This document shows positions 55,218-64,000 of a stretch of 64,000 nt of DNA, piece after piece. The DNA is taken from assembly GCA_028281165.1 (NCBI GenBank), contig JANQKI010000013.1:14825-78824 (forward strand), read 5' to 3'. The stretch's first letter is position 1. Every line of letters starts with the position of its first letter. The notes below the pieces were generated by a model that searched no databases, had not been told where the DNA came from, and saw only the letters and a program-made list of their open reading frames with translations. The DNA comes from Opitutaceae bacterium. Its GTDB lineage: Bacteria > Verrucomicrobiota > Verrucomicrobiia > Opitutales > Opitutaceae. A program made the translations under genes and the position numbers.

Positions 55218-58200
55218 ATTTGTAATCAAGATTGGTCTGAAGCCATTTCTCAGCGATCGAAACCTCGATTCCTTTTCGAGCTGCGTAGTCTTCAATTTGA
55301 TCCTTTCCGATTTTTCCAACATTAAAATAACGAGCCTCAGGATGGCAGAAATAGAGTCCGGAAACTGAACTTGGCGGATTCATTGCAAAGCTCTCAGTCA
55401 AGGAAATGCTAGTGTTGGACTCGGCATCCAATAGGTTCCAAAGCGTCTCCTTCTCAGTGTGATCAGGGCAGGCGGGATAGCCAGCGGCAGGACGCACGCC
55501 CCGATACTTCTCCTTGATCAAGTCTTCGACCGATAAGTCTTCATTTCGACCGAAACCCCAAATATCCCGAATACGCTTGTGAAGCCACTCGGCCAAAGCC
55601 TCGGCAAAACGATCGCCAAGAGCCTGAATCATAATGGCCTTGTAGTCGTCATTGCTTTTCTTATACGACTCAGCGTAATCATCAACTTCAGGTCCAGCTG
55701 TTACAGCGAATCCGCCAATGTAGTCGATTTTTTCCGACGCTCTCGGAGCAATGAAATCCGCAAGGCAGTAGTTGCTATCGTTAGAATCTTTGGAACGCTG
55801 CTGTCGTAAAAAATGCAGGCTTGCTACATGGCTGGAAGCATCGTCGCCGTTGTAGAGAATTACATCATCATCGATCGCATTGGCAGCCCAAATGCCAGAG
55901 ACGGCTCGCAATCGGAAACGCTGGTTTTCAACAATGTCCTGAAGCAATTCCTGAGCCTCACGATAAATCTCTCTAGCTTGCTCGCCATATTTCTTGTGAT
56001 CGAAAATCTTGGGATAAATGCCTTTCAGTTCCCACGCCCAGAAGAGAGGGGACCAATCGAAATATTCAAGAACTTCGGAAAGGTCGATGTTATCCAAAAC
56101 TTCAATGCCAAGGCGATCTGGGCGATCGATTTCGAATACTTCCCAATCAGTCTGGAAGCGGTTGATACGGGCTTCGGCAATTGACAGCAATGCAGCTTGA
56201 GCGGAACTTCCCACCGCATAGCGATCTCGAGCCTTCTGCTGATCTTCCTTCAGCTTTTCGTGAAAGGCTTCCTTTCGATCAGGACTCAAAAGATCATTAC
56301 AGACGCCAACAACTAAAGAAGCGTCCTCGACATGAACCGTTGGACCGCTGTACTCAGGGGCGATTTTGATGGCAGTGTGGGCTTTGCTGGTCGTTGCGCC
56401 ACCGATCAGAAGCGGCAGTTTGAAACTCTCGCGCTCCATCTCGCTAGCCGCATAAATCATCTCGTCCAAGGAAGGTGTGATAAGGCCACTCAAGCCAACG
56501 AGACTCGCTTCTTCCTCCCTGGCTGTAGCCAAAATCTTATCACACGGCACCATCACTCCGAGGTCGATGACTTCGTAATTGTTGCAAGCAAGAACGACGG
56601 CCACGATGTTCTTGCCGATATCGTGAACGTCTCCCTTCACCGTTGCGATAACCATCTTGTTTTGCGAAGAGGTCTTATCATCGCTATTTTTCTCCTGCTC
56701 CATAAACGGGGTCAGATAGGCAACCGCTTTTTTCATGACACGCGCGGACTTAACCACTTGAGGCAGAAACATTTTTCCTGATCCGAAAAGCTCCCCTACC
56801 ACCTTCATGCCATCCATCAAGGGACCTTCGATGACATCTAACGGTCGGCCTAGAAGTTCCCTGGCCTCTTCCGTATCTTCTTCAATATGCGTAACGATTC
56901 CCTTGACCAGGGCGTGAGACAGCCGCTCTTGCACGGTTCCCTCTCGCCAAGCTTCCGTTTGGGCTTCTTTCTTTTTGCCAGAATCTTTAACCTCTTCCGC
57001 GTAATCGACAAGACGTTCAGTGGCATCTTGTCTCCGGTTTAGCAATACATCCTCCACCATATCGCGGAGCTTGGGCTCGATTTCTTCATAAACCGCCAGC
57101 ATCCCGGCATTCACGATACCCATATCCAGACCTGCTTCGATCGAATGGAACAGGAAGGCGGAGTGCATCGCTTCTCGCACCACATTATTTCCGCGGAAGG
57201 AGAAAGAAATGTTGCTGATACCTCCACTCACTCTAGCCAAAGGGCAGAGTTTTTTGATTTCTCGCGTGGCTTCGATAAAATCGACAGCATATGTATTGTG
57301 TTCCTCAATACCAGTAGCAACAGTAAGCACATTGGGATCGAAAATGATATCCTCGGGAGGAAAATCCAACTTGTCGCGCAATAAGGAATAAGCTCTGGCG
57401 CAGATACGAACCTTGTCTTCGCGTGTCGCCGCCTGGCCTTCCTCGTCGAAAGCCATAACGATAACCGCCGCGCCGTACCTGAGAATCAACGACGCTTGCT
57501 CCAGAAACTTCTCCTCGCCCTCTTTCAAGCTTATCGAGTTGACCACGCACTTGCCCTGAGCGCATTTCAATCCGGCTTCGATGACCGACCACTTGGAAGA
57601 GTCGATCATAATGGGTACACGTGAAATCTCAGGTTCGGAAGCGACTAAGTTGAGAAAGCGAGTCATACAGGCTTCACTGTCAAGCAAACCCTCATCGAAA
57701 TTCACATCGATGACGTTGGCTCCGTTTTCCACCTGTTGCCTGGCAATGGCTAAAGCCTCCTCGAATTTATCTTCCTTTATCAATCGGCGGAACTTAGGGG
57801 AGCCCATCACATTCGTTCGTTCGCCAACCATGAGAAAGGGAGCTTTTTCACCTTCAAGGGTGAAAGGCTCCAACCCACTTAAGCGAAGAGCGGGCACTAT
57901 TTCCGCGCGCTTACGCGGTGGATACGATTTGGATTTCTCGATGATGGCTGCAATGTGATCAGGGGTCGTCCCACAGCAGCCACCAATTATATTGACGAAA
58001 CCATTGGAAGCAAAGTCCTCTAGGAATGTCGCAGTGTCTTCCGGCAGCTCATCGTATCCAGTATCGCTCAGTGGATTGGGCAAGCCAGCATTAGGATAAC
58101 AGGAAATATAGCAGTCAGCGATTTTAGAGAGAGCCTCGATGTAAGGCCGCATTTCCTTCGCGCCCAAAGCGCAATTGATGCCAACACTCAGAGGCTTGGC

Positions 58201-58941
58201 GTGAGCGACGGAAGCCCAAAATGCTTCGATCGTTTGTCCCGAAAGCGTACGACCCGAGGCATCTGTAATCGTCACGCTAAGCATGACGGGAATCCGCTGA
58301 CCGTAGCTTTCGAAAAATTCCTCAAGAGCAAAGATGCAGGCTTTCAAATTGAGTGTATCGAAAGTGGTTTCCGGCAACAAAACATCAACGCCGCCTTCAA
58401 CCAGCTTAACAATCTGCTCTCGATAGGCGTCTTTTAGTTCGTCGAACGTAACCGCTCGGTATTCGGGGCGATTGACGTCAGGCGAAAGTGAAGCGGTTCG
58501 GTTGGTCGGTCCTATGGCTCCCGCGACAAAGCAAGCGCGGTCCGGATTCTCGGCAATGAAATGGTCAACGGTTTCCCGAGCTAGGCGAGCTGAGGCCAGG
58601 TTTAACGCGTCTACGCAATCCTCCAATTCATAATCGGCTTGAGCAATGCGAGTCGCGCTAAATGTATTCGTTTCGATGATATCGGCTCCAGCTGCTAGGA
58701 ACGCCTGATGAATTTCGCGGATTATTTCAGGTCGCGTTAGCGTAAGCAGCTCGTTGTTACCTTTGAGGTCTTTGGGATGATCCTCAAAATGCCCTTTACG
58801 AAAATCTTCCTCTTGCAGCTTGTGACGCTGAATCATGGTGCCCATGGCGCCATCTAGATAAACAATTCGCTCAGCCAAGAGCTGGCTTAGCTTAGCATAG
58901 CTTTCGGTTTCAGGAAGTTCTATGGAAGATCGACTCGACAT
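55216..58941 (-). CDS. metH: Cobalamin-dependent methionine synthase
   Basis: All modules are visible: Hcy-binding ([16 protein letters not shown]), pterin-binding, the B12-binding [10 protein letters not shown] motif, and the AdoMet activation domain. The ORF is open up to 59034; I prefer the Met at 58941. Confidence 0.9.
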   Translation of the reverse strand: MSSRSSIELPETESYAKLSQLLAERIVYLDGAMGTMIQRHKLQEEDFRKGHFEDHPKDLKGNNELLTLTRPEIIREIHQAFLAAGADIIETNTFSATRIAQADYELEDCVDALNLASARLARETVDHFIAENPDRACFVAGAIGPTNRTASLSPDVNRPEYRAVTFDELKDAYREQIVKLVEGGVDVLLPETTFDTLNLKACIFALEEFFESYGQRIPVMLSVTITDASGRTLSGQTIEAFWASVAHAKPLSVGINCALGAKEMRPYIEALSKIADCYISCYPNAGLPNPLSDTGYDELPEDTATFLEDFASNGFVNIIGGCCGTTPDHIAAIIEKSKSYPPRKRAEIVPALRLSGLEPFTLEGEKAPFLMVGERTNVMGSPKFRRLIKEDKFEEALAIARQQVENGANVIDVNFDEGLLDSEACMTRFLNLVASEPEISRVPIMIDSSKWSVIEAGLKCAQGKCVVNSISLKEGEEKFLEQASLILRYGAAVIVMAFDEEGQAATREDKVRICARAYSLLRDKLDFPPEDIIFDPNVLTVATGIEEHNTYAVDFIEATREIKKLCPLARVSGGISNISFSFRGNNVVREAMHSAFLFHSIEAGLDMGIVNAGMLAVYEEIEPKLRDMVEDVLLNRRQDATERLVDYAEEVKDSGKKKEAQTEAWREGTVQERLSHALVKGIVTHIEEDTEEARELLGRPLDVIEGPLMDGMKVVGELFGSGKMFLPQVVKSARVMKKAVAYLTPFMEQEKNSDDKTSSQNKMVIATVKGDVHDIGKNIVAVVLACNNYEVIDLGVMVPCDKILATAREEEASLVGLSGLITPSLDEMIYAASEMERESFKLPLLIGGATTSKAHTAIKIAPEYSGPTVHVEDASLVVGVCNDLLSPDRKEAFHEKLKEDQQKARDRYAVGSSAQAALLSIAEARINRFQTDWEVFEIDRPDRLGIEVLDNIDLSEVLEYFDWSPLFWAWELKGIYPKIFDHKKYGEQAREIYREAQELLQDIVENQRFRLRAVSGIWAANAIDDDVILYNGDDASSHVASLHFLRQQRSKDSNDSNYCLADFIAPRASEKIDYIGGFAVTAGPEVDDYAESYKKSNDDYKAIMIQALGDRFAEALAEWLHKRIRDIWGFGRNEDLSVEDLIKEKYRGVRPAAGYPACPDHTEKETLWNLLDAESNTSISLTESFAMNPPSSVSGLYFCHPEARYFNVGKIGKDQIEDYAARKGIEVSIAEKWLQTNLDYK

Positions 58942-59148
58942 AATAGGCGTCAAAGAAGGGGCCAAACAAAGCCTCATTGAGAGTCGGCACAATCTTTTCG
59001 TAAGGAGAATGCCAAAAATCGGAATAAAACCCAAAGATCAGCAGAACCGAGCCGTATAGAGAATCCCATCGATCCCACATATCGCTCAGAACCAGAGACT
59101 CTTAAGTTTCAAGACGGCATAGCGATTTAAGAATACCTTTCCTCCTAG

Positions 59149-60072
59149 ATGAAGTTAAGCTCGACCAAAAAAGCCCCAGCATCCGCTTCAAACGATTTCG
59201 CCAAGTTGAAAAGAAACATTGTTCATACTTCAACTAGGGCGGAAGAAAAGCTTTCGGATAGGGATTACGAGTTCATTCGAAAGCTCATTTACGAAGAAAC
59301 GCGGATTAACCTAGGAGACAGAAAACGAGAGTTAGTCACAGCTCGACTGGGAAAACGACTGAGAGCTACAAACTGTCCCTCATTGAAAGACTATTGCAAA
59401 GGTCTGAAAATGAATCCGAAGAGCGGAGAGCTCTATCACCTGATCGATGCCATTTCGACCAACCACACCTTCTTCTTTCGCGAGATCAACCACTTCAAGT
59501 TCCTCAACAACCACATTCTTCCCGAATTCGCAAACGGAACCATGGGGCCATCTAAGCAGCTAAAAGTTTGGAGCTGCGCGTGCTCGACGGGAGAAGAGCC
59601 CTATTCGGTAGCCATAACGCTTTCGGAGTTCTTCTCCAATCATCAGGATAAAAGCTGGCGTCTTGAATGCAGCGATATTTCTACCCGAGTTTTGGATTTC
59701 GCTTCAAAGGGCATCTATGAAAAGGATAAGATTACCCAGGTCCCGCCAGACTGGCAGAAGCGTTACTTCCAAAAGGGCGAAAAAAGCATGGAAGGCTACT
59801 TCCGCGTTCATCCTAACTTACAGAAGATGGTCAACTTTCAGCGGCTTAATTTATTCTCAGCCAGCTATCCTTGGACCCGGAAATTCAACATCATTTTCTG
59901 TCGCAATGTAATGATCTATTTCGATCGCGAAACCCAAGAAGACCTGGTGGGTAGACTTTCAAGACACCTCGAGCCTGGCGGATACCTCATGATCGGTCAT
60001 GCCGAGAGCTTGGCTGGAGTGAAGCATCCATACGAAACGATGAAACCAGCCATTTACAGGCTTCCCAAATAG
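59149..60072 (+). CDS. cheR: Chemotaxis protein methyltransferase CheR
   Basis: 307 aa. It has the CheR N-terminal helical domain and the SAM domain (VWSCACSTGEEPYS, IFCRNVMIYFD). Confidence 0.85.
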   Translation: MKLSSTKKAPASASNDFAKLKRNIVHTSTRAEEKLSDRDYEFIRKLIYEETRINLGDRKRELVTARLGKRLRATNCPSLKDYCKGLKMNPKSGELYHLIDAISTNHTFFFREINHFKFLNNHILPEFANGTMGPSKQLKVWSCACSTGEEPYSVAITLSEFFSNHQDKSWRLECSDISTRVLDFASKGIYEKDKITQVPPDWQKRYFQKGEKSMEGYFRVHPNLQKMVNFQRLNLFSASYPWTRKFNIIFCRNVMIYFDRETQEDLVGRLSRHLEPGGYLMIGHAESLAGVKHPYETMKPAIYRLPK

Positions 60073-60171
60073 AAAGACAACGGGAAGCAAATTCTAAGCT
60101 GTATTTTTCAGATGGGGATCGTGTACTATGCGAAGTCCTGAAAATGGACATGTCAGTCATAGTGCCCACAC

Positions 60172-61767
60172 TTGAAAACGTCCGATTCCGCAAAGCAAAC
60201 AATGTCCACTTCGCTCAGCGAAGGCCTTTTCAGCCTGACCAAGCAGAAAAGCAACGAGACCATTCTTGAAAACCTCAGCGCTCTGAGCTCGGGCGCGGTT
60301 TATCTGATCGAGGCAGGATCCCATCGCCTACTAAGTTTGGATTTCCAGAATTCAAAATTTTTAGGCAGATCCTTCGAGGAGTTATCTGGCGAAAAAACAG
60401 CCTGGATGGAACTCATAGTGGAGCCAGATCGAGATGGATACACAACAGCTCTCGATTCACTAGTCGAAGAAGCAGAGAATCTAGATCTTGAATACCGTCT
60501 GCACATGAACAAGAGAGGTGATTGGATTCGCGTGAAGGATTCGATCATTCCGATCAAGGATGGAGACGATCAAATACGTGGTTATCTAGGGTGCTTGAAA
60601 GATGATTCATTTCGCATTCAAGCGATGGATACGTTGAGCAAGCGGTCTTGGGGCGAGGTTTCCACCCTGATAACTCGCAGGTTTCTCCACGACTTCAACA
60701 ATACCATCGCCGGGGTGTACTCTCTCAGCGAATTGTATTCAGAACCTGGTTCCAGCGCGGAATCAATGGTCGAAGCAATGGGACACATCCGAGAGAGTTC
60801 GGTCAGAGCTCAGAATATCGTGCAAAAGATTCGTTCACTCGGTTCAACCACCGAAGAGGAACTTAGTTTCTACGATATGGAAAAGCTGATCCTGGAACAG
60901 GAAGACTATATACTCGCCCTTTTGCCAAAAGGAACCGATCTGCAGTTCGATATGAGTGGCGAATCGCTACCGGCTTGCCTCGACGCAAATCGATTCAAGC
61001 AAGCGCTGCTGCACTTAGCGTCAAATGCTCGGGACGCCATAGGAGAAGAATCGCCGCAAGTTACCATTCGTTGCCGTGCGGAAGAGAGCGAAGCCAAGCC
61101 CGACCAGAAAATAGCGATCATCGAGTTCATTGATAACGGCAGCGGTATTCGAGAAAAGGATTACTCAAAACTTTTCGAGCCTTTCACAACAACCAAGGAC
61201 CAAAATCGCCATTCCGGAATGGGCCTGTTCATCGCGAAAAGTTTCGCCGAGGAACTTGGAGGTGAAATCAATATGAGTTCGACCTTTGGAGAGGGTACTA
61301 AGGTTTGCATTAAACTGCCGGTGGCGAACTTAGAAGAAACCTTTTCCTCTCCCAAGCCACAAACCGCATCGATTCCCGCGAAAGGAACAAGCAAACCAAA
61401 GAAAGCTCCTACCATTCTAATTTACACCTGGGAAGACATAACGCGTCATCCCTTAATCACAGCTATTCGTAATGACGGGTGGCAGTTCCGCATCCATCTC
61501 GACTCGAGCCAACTGGTCTTAGACGCCGAGGAAATGAAAACCAAGCTCGACGGCATCCTTATCTTCAAGAGCTCGCTAGACGAAAATGCCGAACCATTGA
61601 TTAGGGAGCTAGCGGAGAACGAAGACGCTCCTAAAAGAGCGATTATTGCCTTGGGCGAGAGCATTGATGCGATTCCAGAATCGATCCGGTCGTGTTGCGG
61701 ATTGATTGTTTCGGGCTCATCGAAGCCAAGCGGCTTGCTAAAGAAGCTGAGTAAATTTTACTGTTAG
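60172..61767 (+). CDS. PAS-domain histidine kinase with a C-terminal receiver-like (pseudo-receiver) domain
   Basis: It has a PAS-like N-terminal region, an H-box (FLHDFNNTIAG), an N-box (LASNARDAI), G1 (DNGSGI) and G2 (GMGLFIAKS). The last ~130 aa are receiver-like. The start is TTG 60172 or ATG 60202. Confidence 0.8.
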   Translation: MKTSDSAKQTMSTSLSEGLFSLTKQKSNETILENLSALSSGAVYLIEAGSHRLLSLDFQNSKFLGRSFEELSGEKTAWMELIVEPDRDGYTTALDSLVEEAENLDLEYRLHMNKRGDWIRVKDSIIPIKDGDDQIRGYLGCLKDDSFRIQAMDTLSKRSWGEVSTLITRRFLHDFNNTIAGVYSLSELYSEPGSSAESMVEAMGHIRESSVRAQNIVQKIRSLGSTTEEELSFYDMEKLILEQEDYILALLPKGTDLQFDMSGESLPACLDANRFKQALLHLASNARDAIGEESPQVTIRCRAEESEAKPDQKIAIIEFIDNGSGIREKDYSKLFEPFTTTKDQNRHSGMGLFIAKSFAEELGGEINMSSTFGEGTKVCIKLPVANLEETFSSPKPQTASIPAKGTSKPKKAPTILIYTWEDITRHPLITAIRNDGWQFRIHLDSSQLVLDAEEMKTKLDGILIFKSSLDENAEPLIRELAENEDAPKRAIIALGESIDAIPESIRSCCGLIVSGSSKPSGLLKKLSKFYC

Positions 61768-61781
61768 ATTCTAAGAATCCT

Positions 61782-63050
61782 ATGCGTAATCCCGAATCGA
61801 ATTCGCGAAACGTCCTAGTATTGGATGACGACGATATTGTTCTTCTCGCCATTAAGGAAACCCTAGAACGAGAACACTACCAAGTCTCTGCTTTCAACAA
61901 ACCAAAGGAGGCCATCGACGCCCTGGAAACCCAATCCTACGCGGTTATCATCTCCGATCATCGCATGCCGGACATGACTGGATTGGAGTTCCTGGACTGC
62001 TGCAAAGACCGGCAGCCAATTGCATCCCGCATTCTCATTACAGGTGTTTTGACTTTGAATACGGTGGTCGAGGCAGTCAACAGAGGAGAGATTTTTCGAT
62101 TTGTGGCCAAACCATGGATACGCGAGGAGCTTCTAGCCACAGTTGAAAACGCGGCCCAGCGCTACAACCTTGTAGTGAGCAACGAAAAGCTCCGCTCGGA
62201 CGCCATGGAGCTCAACGAAAAGCTGGTCCAAGCCAACTCGGAACTGGAGGAAAAGATCTCCTTGCTCGAGGATAGAACAAGTCATTTGGACGAGGCCAAC
62301 CAGGCTTTGGAAAAGAATTTCAATCATTCCCTTGAGATATGCTTTCGACTCATCGAGGCGTTTCACCCCGTCTTAGGGCAGCAAACCAAAGCGGCTACCT
62401 CAATCTGCAAGGAAATCGCCAAGTCAGATCAGTTAAGTGAAAACGAGAAGCAAGTTCTCCAGGTAAGCTCTTGGCTTTACAATCTGGGTCGTATCGGCCT
62501 TCCCCGCGACCTGCTCTCCAAATCTCTTAACGATCCTCAAAGCCTAACGGAGCAAGAGGAGGCTTTGATTCAACACTCTCCCGTCTACGGTCAAACGCTC
62601 GCAGGCTTTGTCGACTCGCTAGAAGAAGTCGGAGAAACAATCCGAGCGCACCGTGAGCGATTTGATGGCAATGGCTATCCAGACAAGCTGTCGCGAGAAA
62701 GCATTCCGGTGCCGGCTAGGCACTTGGCTGTTGCTGTTGGCTATGTGGAAAGCAACTTGCCACGAGACCAGGCATTGGAGGCTATCATTCGCGAATCAGG
62801 AAAGTCTTACCATCCCGAAGCAGTAAGGCTCTTCATGAAAAGTTCCAACTTAACCAATCTGCCGAAAAAGGTCAGGGAAGTCACACTAGCGGAACTCGCT
62901 CCGGGCATGAAATTGGCCAAAGGAATTTACAGCCCTTCAGGCCTTCTGTTAATTCCTGAAGAACAACACCTTACAGCTGGAATCATTTCCAAGATCATGG
63001 AACATGATTACGCTAATCCCATTACTCAGCGCCTGATGGTTTTTCGTTAA
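61782..63050 (+). CDS. Response regulator: REC + coiled coil + degenerate HD-GYP domain
   Basis: The REC domain looks intact (LDDDD, IISDHRMPDMTG, KPW). The HD-GYP region keeps HRERFDGNGYP, but LYNLGRIG stands where LHDIGKIG is expected, and AVAVGYVES where AVADVFDAL is expected. Confidence 0.8.
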   Translation: MRNPESNSRNVLVLDDDDIVLLAIKETLEREHYQVSAFNKPKEAIDALETQSYAVIISDHRMPDMTGLEFLDCCKDRQPIASRILITGVLTLNTVVEAVNRGEIFRFVAKPWIREELLATVENAAQRYNLVVSNEKLRSDAMELNEKLVQANSELEEKISLLEDRTSHLDEANQALEKNFNHSLEICFRLIEAFHPVLGQQTKAATSICKEIAKSDQLSENEKQVLQVSSWLYNLGRIGLPRDLLSKSLNDPQSLTEQEEALIQHSPVYGQTLAGFVDSLEEVGETIRAHRERFDGNGYPDKLSRESIPVPARHLAVAVGYVESNLPRDQALEAIIRESGKSYHPEAVRLFMKSSNLTNLPKKVREVTLAELAPGMKLAKGIYSPSGLLLIPEEQHLTAGIISKIMEHDYANPITQRLMVFR

Positions 63051-63206
63051 GTCAGGTCTCTTTCGCAGAAGCCGCCGCGCCCTGGGAAATCGGCCGAAAA
63101 ATGGCCTTCTTTTAGTCTTATTTCGACTTAAAGAATCATACCCGCTCGTCGATTTAGGGGGTTACTATACGCGTATAAATCCCACAAATCGAAGGGAGAC
63201 CCTTTC

Positions 63207-63716
63207 ATGAGCAATGCTACTTTAGAAGACAACGATCCCCAATTATCCTCATTCTCTTCCGGCAAGTTCCTAACCTTCACATTAGCCGAAGAATGCTACG
63301 GCGTAGAAGTCCTCAAAATCAGAGAAATCATCCGGATGCAAAAGATCACTCCGGTTCCTCAAATGCCCGTTCACGTTAAGGGCGTCATCAACCTACGGGG
63401 AAAAGTAATTCCAGTCGTGGATTTGAGGGTGAAGTTTAATTTGCCGGCAACCGAAGCAACCGAACGCACTTGCATCATTGTGGTGGATGTCGACGGCGGT
63501 CAGGGAGTGAACTCGCTACTAGGCCTCGTGGTAGACGCGGTTGAAGAAGTGCTCAACATCGTGGAAAATGAAGTGGAACCATCCCCAGATTTTGGTACCC
63601 GCCTAAGCACCGAGTGCTGCCTCGGCATCGCCAGAACGAAAGACAGCGTTAAGACGCTGCTCGATATCGAGAAGGTGGTTTCGAGCGAGTTGAGCGGCGA
63701 ACTAGCAAATTTCTAG
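63207..63716 (+). CDS. cheW: Chemotaxis coupling protein CheW
   Basis: 169 aa. FLTFTLAEECYGVEVLKIREI...VKGVINLRGKVIPVVDLR is a typical CheW-like domain. Confidence 0.85.
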   Translation: MSNATLEDNDPQLSSFSSGKFLTFTLAEECYGVEVLKIREIIRMQKITPVPQMPVHVKGVINLRGKVIPVVDLRVKFNLPATEATERTCIIVVDVDGGQGVNSLLGLVVDAVEEVLNIVENEVEPSPDFGTRLSTECCLGIARTKDSVKTLLDIEKVVSSELSGELANF

Positions 63717-63899
63717 ACTCATAAAAGAGTCCTAAAATGAGAGGGAGCTTCGAATTCCCGCTAGCAACCATTTCAGAAGATCATAAGCAACGACCAAACT
63801 TCCCACACTAAATCAGAGGCTTCACCAATCCTCCGATACATCAAGGCAGCTTCGCGCCTTGTCCCAAATATTAATGAGCAAAGCCCAATCTAACTGCAC

Positions 63900-64000
63900 A
63901 TGAGCGGTTCTCCATCCCTCCCAACATTTTTCTCTCAGAAAGTCGTCGTTGGTGTCGGCGATGTCGCCGTTTCTAACAATCCGAACGTCGTCATTAGCAC
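63900..64000 (+). CDS. cheD: Chemoreceptor glutamine deamidase CheD, N-terminus only (runs off the window)
   Basis: MSGSPSLPTFFSQKVVVGVGDVAVSNNPNVVIS resembles the CheD N-terminal pattern. Only 33 codons are visible. Confidence 0.45.
   Translation, partial: MSGSPSLPTFFSQKVVVGVGDVAVSNNPNVVIS

Noticed and set aside
58942-59148. I looked for a cobalamin or SAM riboswitch upstream of metH.
   Set aside because: No B12-box or SAM-I core-like sequence is visible, and B12-dependent MetH is not normally riboswitch-repressed. The region is simply the divergent metH/cheR promoter region.

Overview
A 64-kb chromosomal window of roughly 50% GC (hand spot counts). The gene content (sulfatase, TonB-dependent receptors with an ECF/FecR module, a DUF5060 glycosidase, hexuronate genes, few Shine-Dalgarno sites) suggests a marine polysaccharide-degrading Verrucomicrobiota-like bacterium, but that is inference only.

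(1) 1-16.4 kb is housekeeping: xseA, aroE, prepilin peptidase, galK, HU, ygfZ, DAHP synthase, mdh and an MscS channel.

(2) 16.58 kb holds a tmRNA gene with a ~3.8-kb AT-rich islet integrated into its 3' end, bounded by a perfect 28-bp direct repeat. The islet encodes a XerC/D-like tyrosine recombinase plus a convergent pair: a SAM methyltransferase and an orphan 415-aa protein. Perfect 19-bp inverted repeats bracket that pair and cover both start regions. I consider this candidate recombinase-driven gene-swap (inverton-like) module the most novel item in the window.

(3) 20.8-45.8 kb is an accessory carbohydrate locus. Intact genes are two paralogous TonB-dependent receptors, an ECF sigma/FecR/STN-transducer module, a DUF5060 glycosidase, a XylR-like regulator, a sulfatase with a HEAT tail, a UxaE-like enzyme, kduI, an IclR/KdgR-like regulator, and DUF4861 coupled to an unknown 711-aa secreted protein. 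Many gene remnants are interleaved: kduD', dctM', dctP', uxaC', SDR', IDH-family' and a TBDR 3' stub. They look like one ancestral kduI-dctPQM-kduD operon split by ~18 kb.

(4) 45.8-51 kb is a tightly overlapping seven-gene folate/pABA operon that includes a Nudix gene.

(5) 51-59 kb carries oxidoreductases, yggS, a LysR regulator and metH.

(6) 59-64 kb is a chemosensory-like cluster: cheR, a PAS histidine kinase with a pseudo-receiver tail, a REC/HD-GYP regulator with degenerate catalytic motifs, cheW and cheD (partial).

I saw no rRNA, tRNA, CRISPR array, transposase or IS element. All family assignments come from reading motifs by eye, with no database searches.
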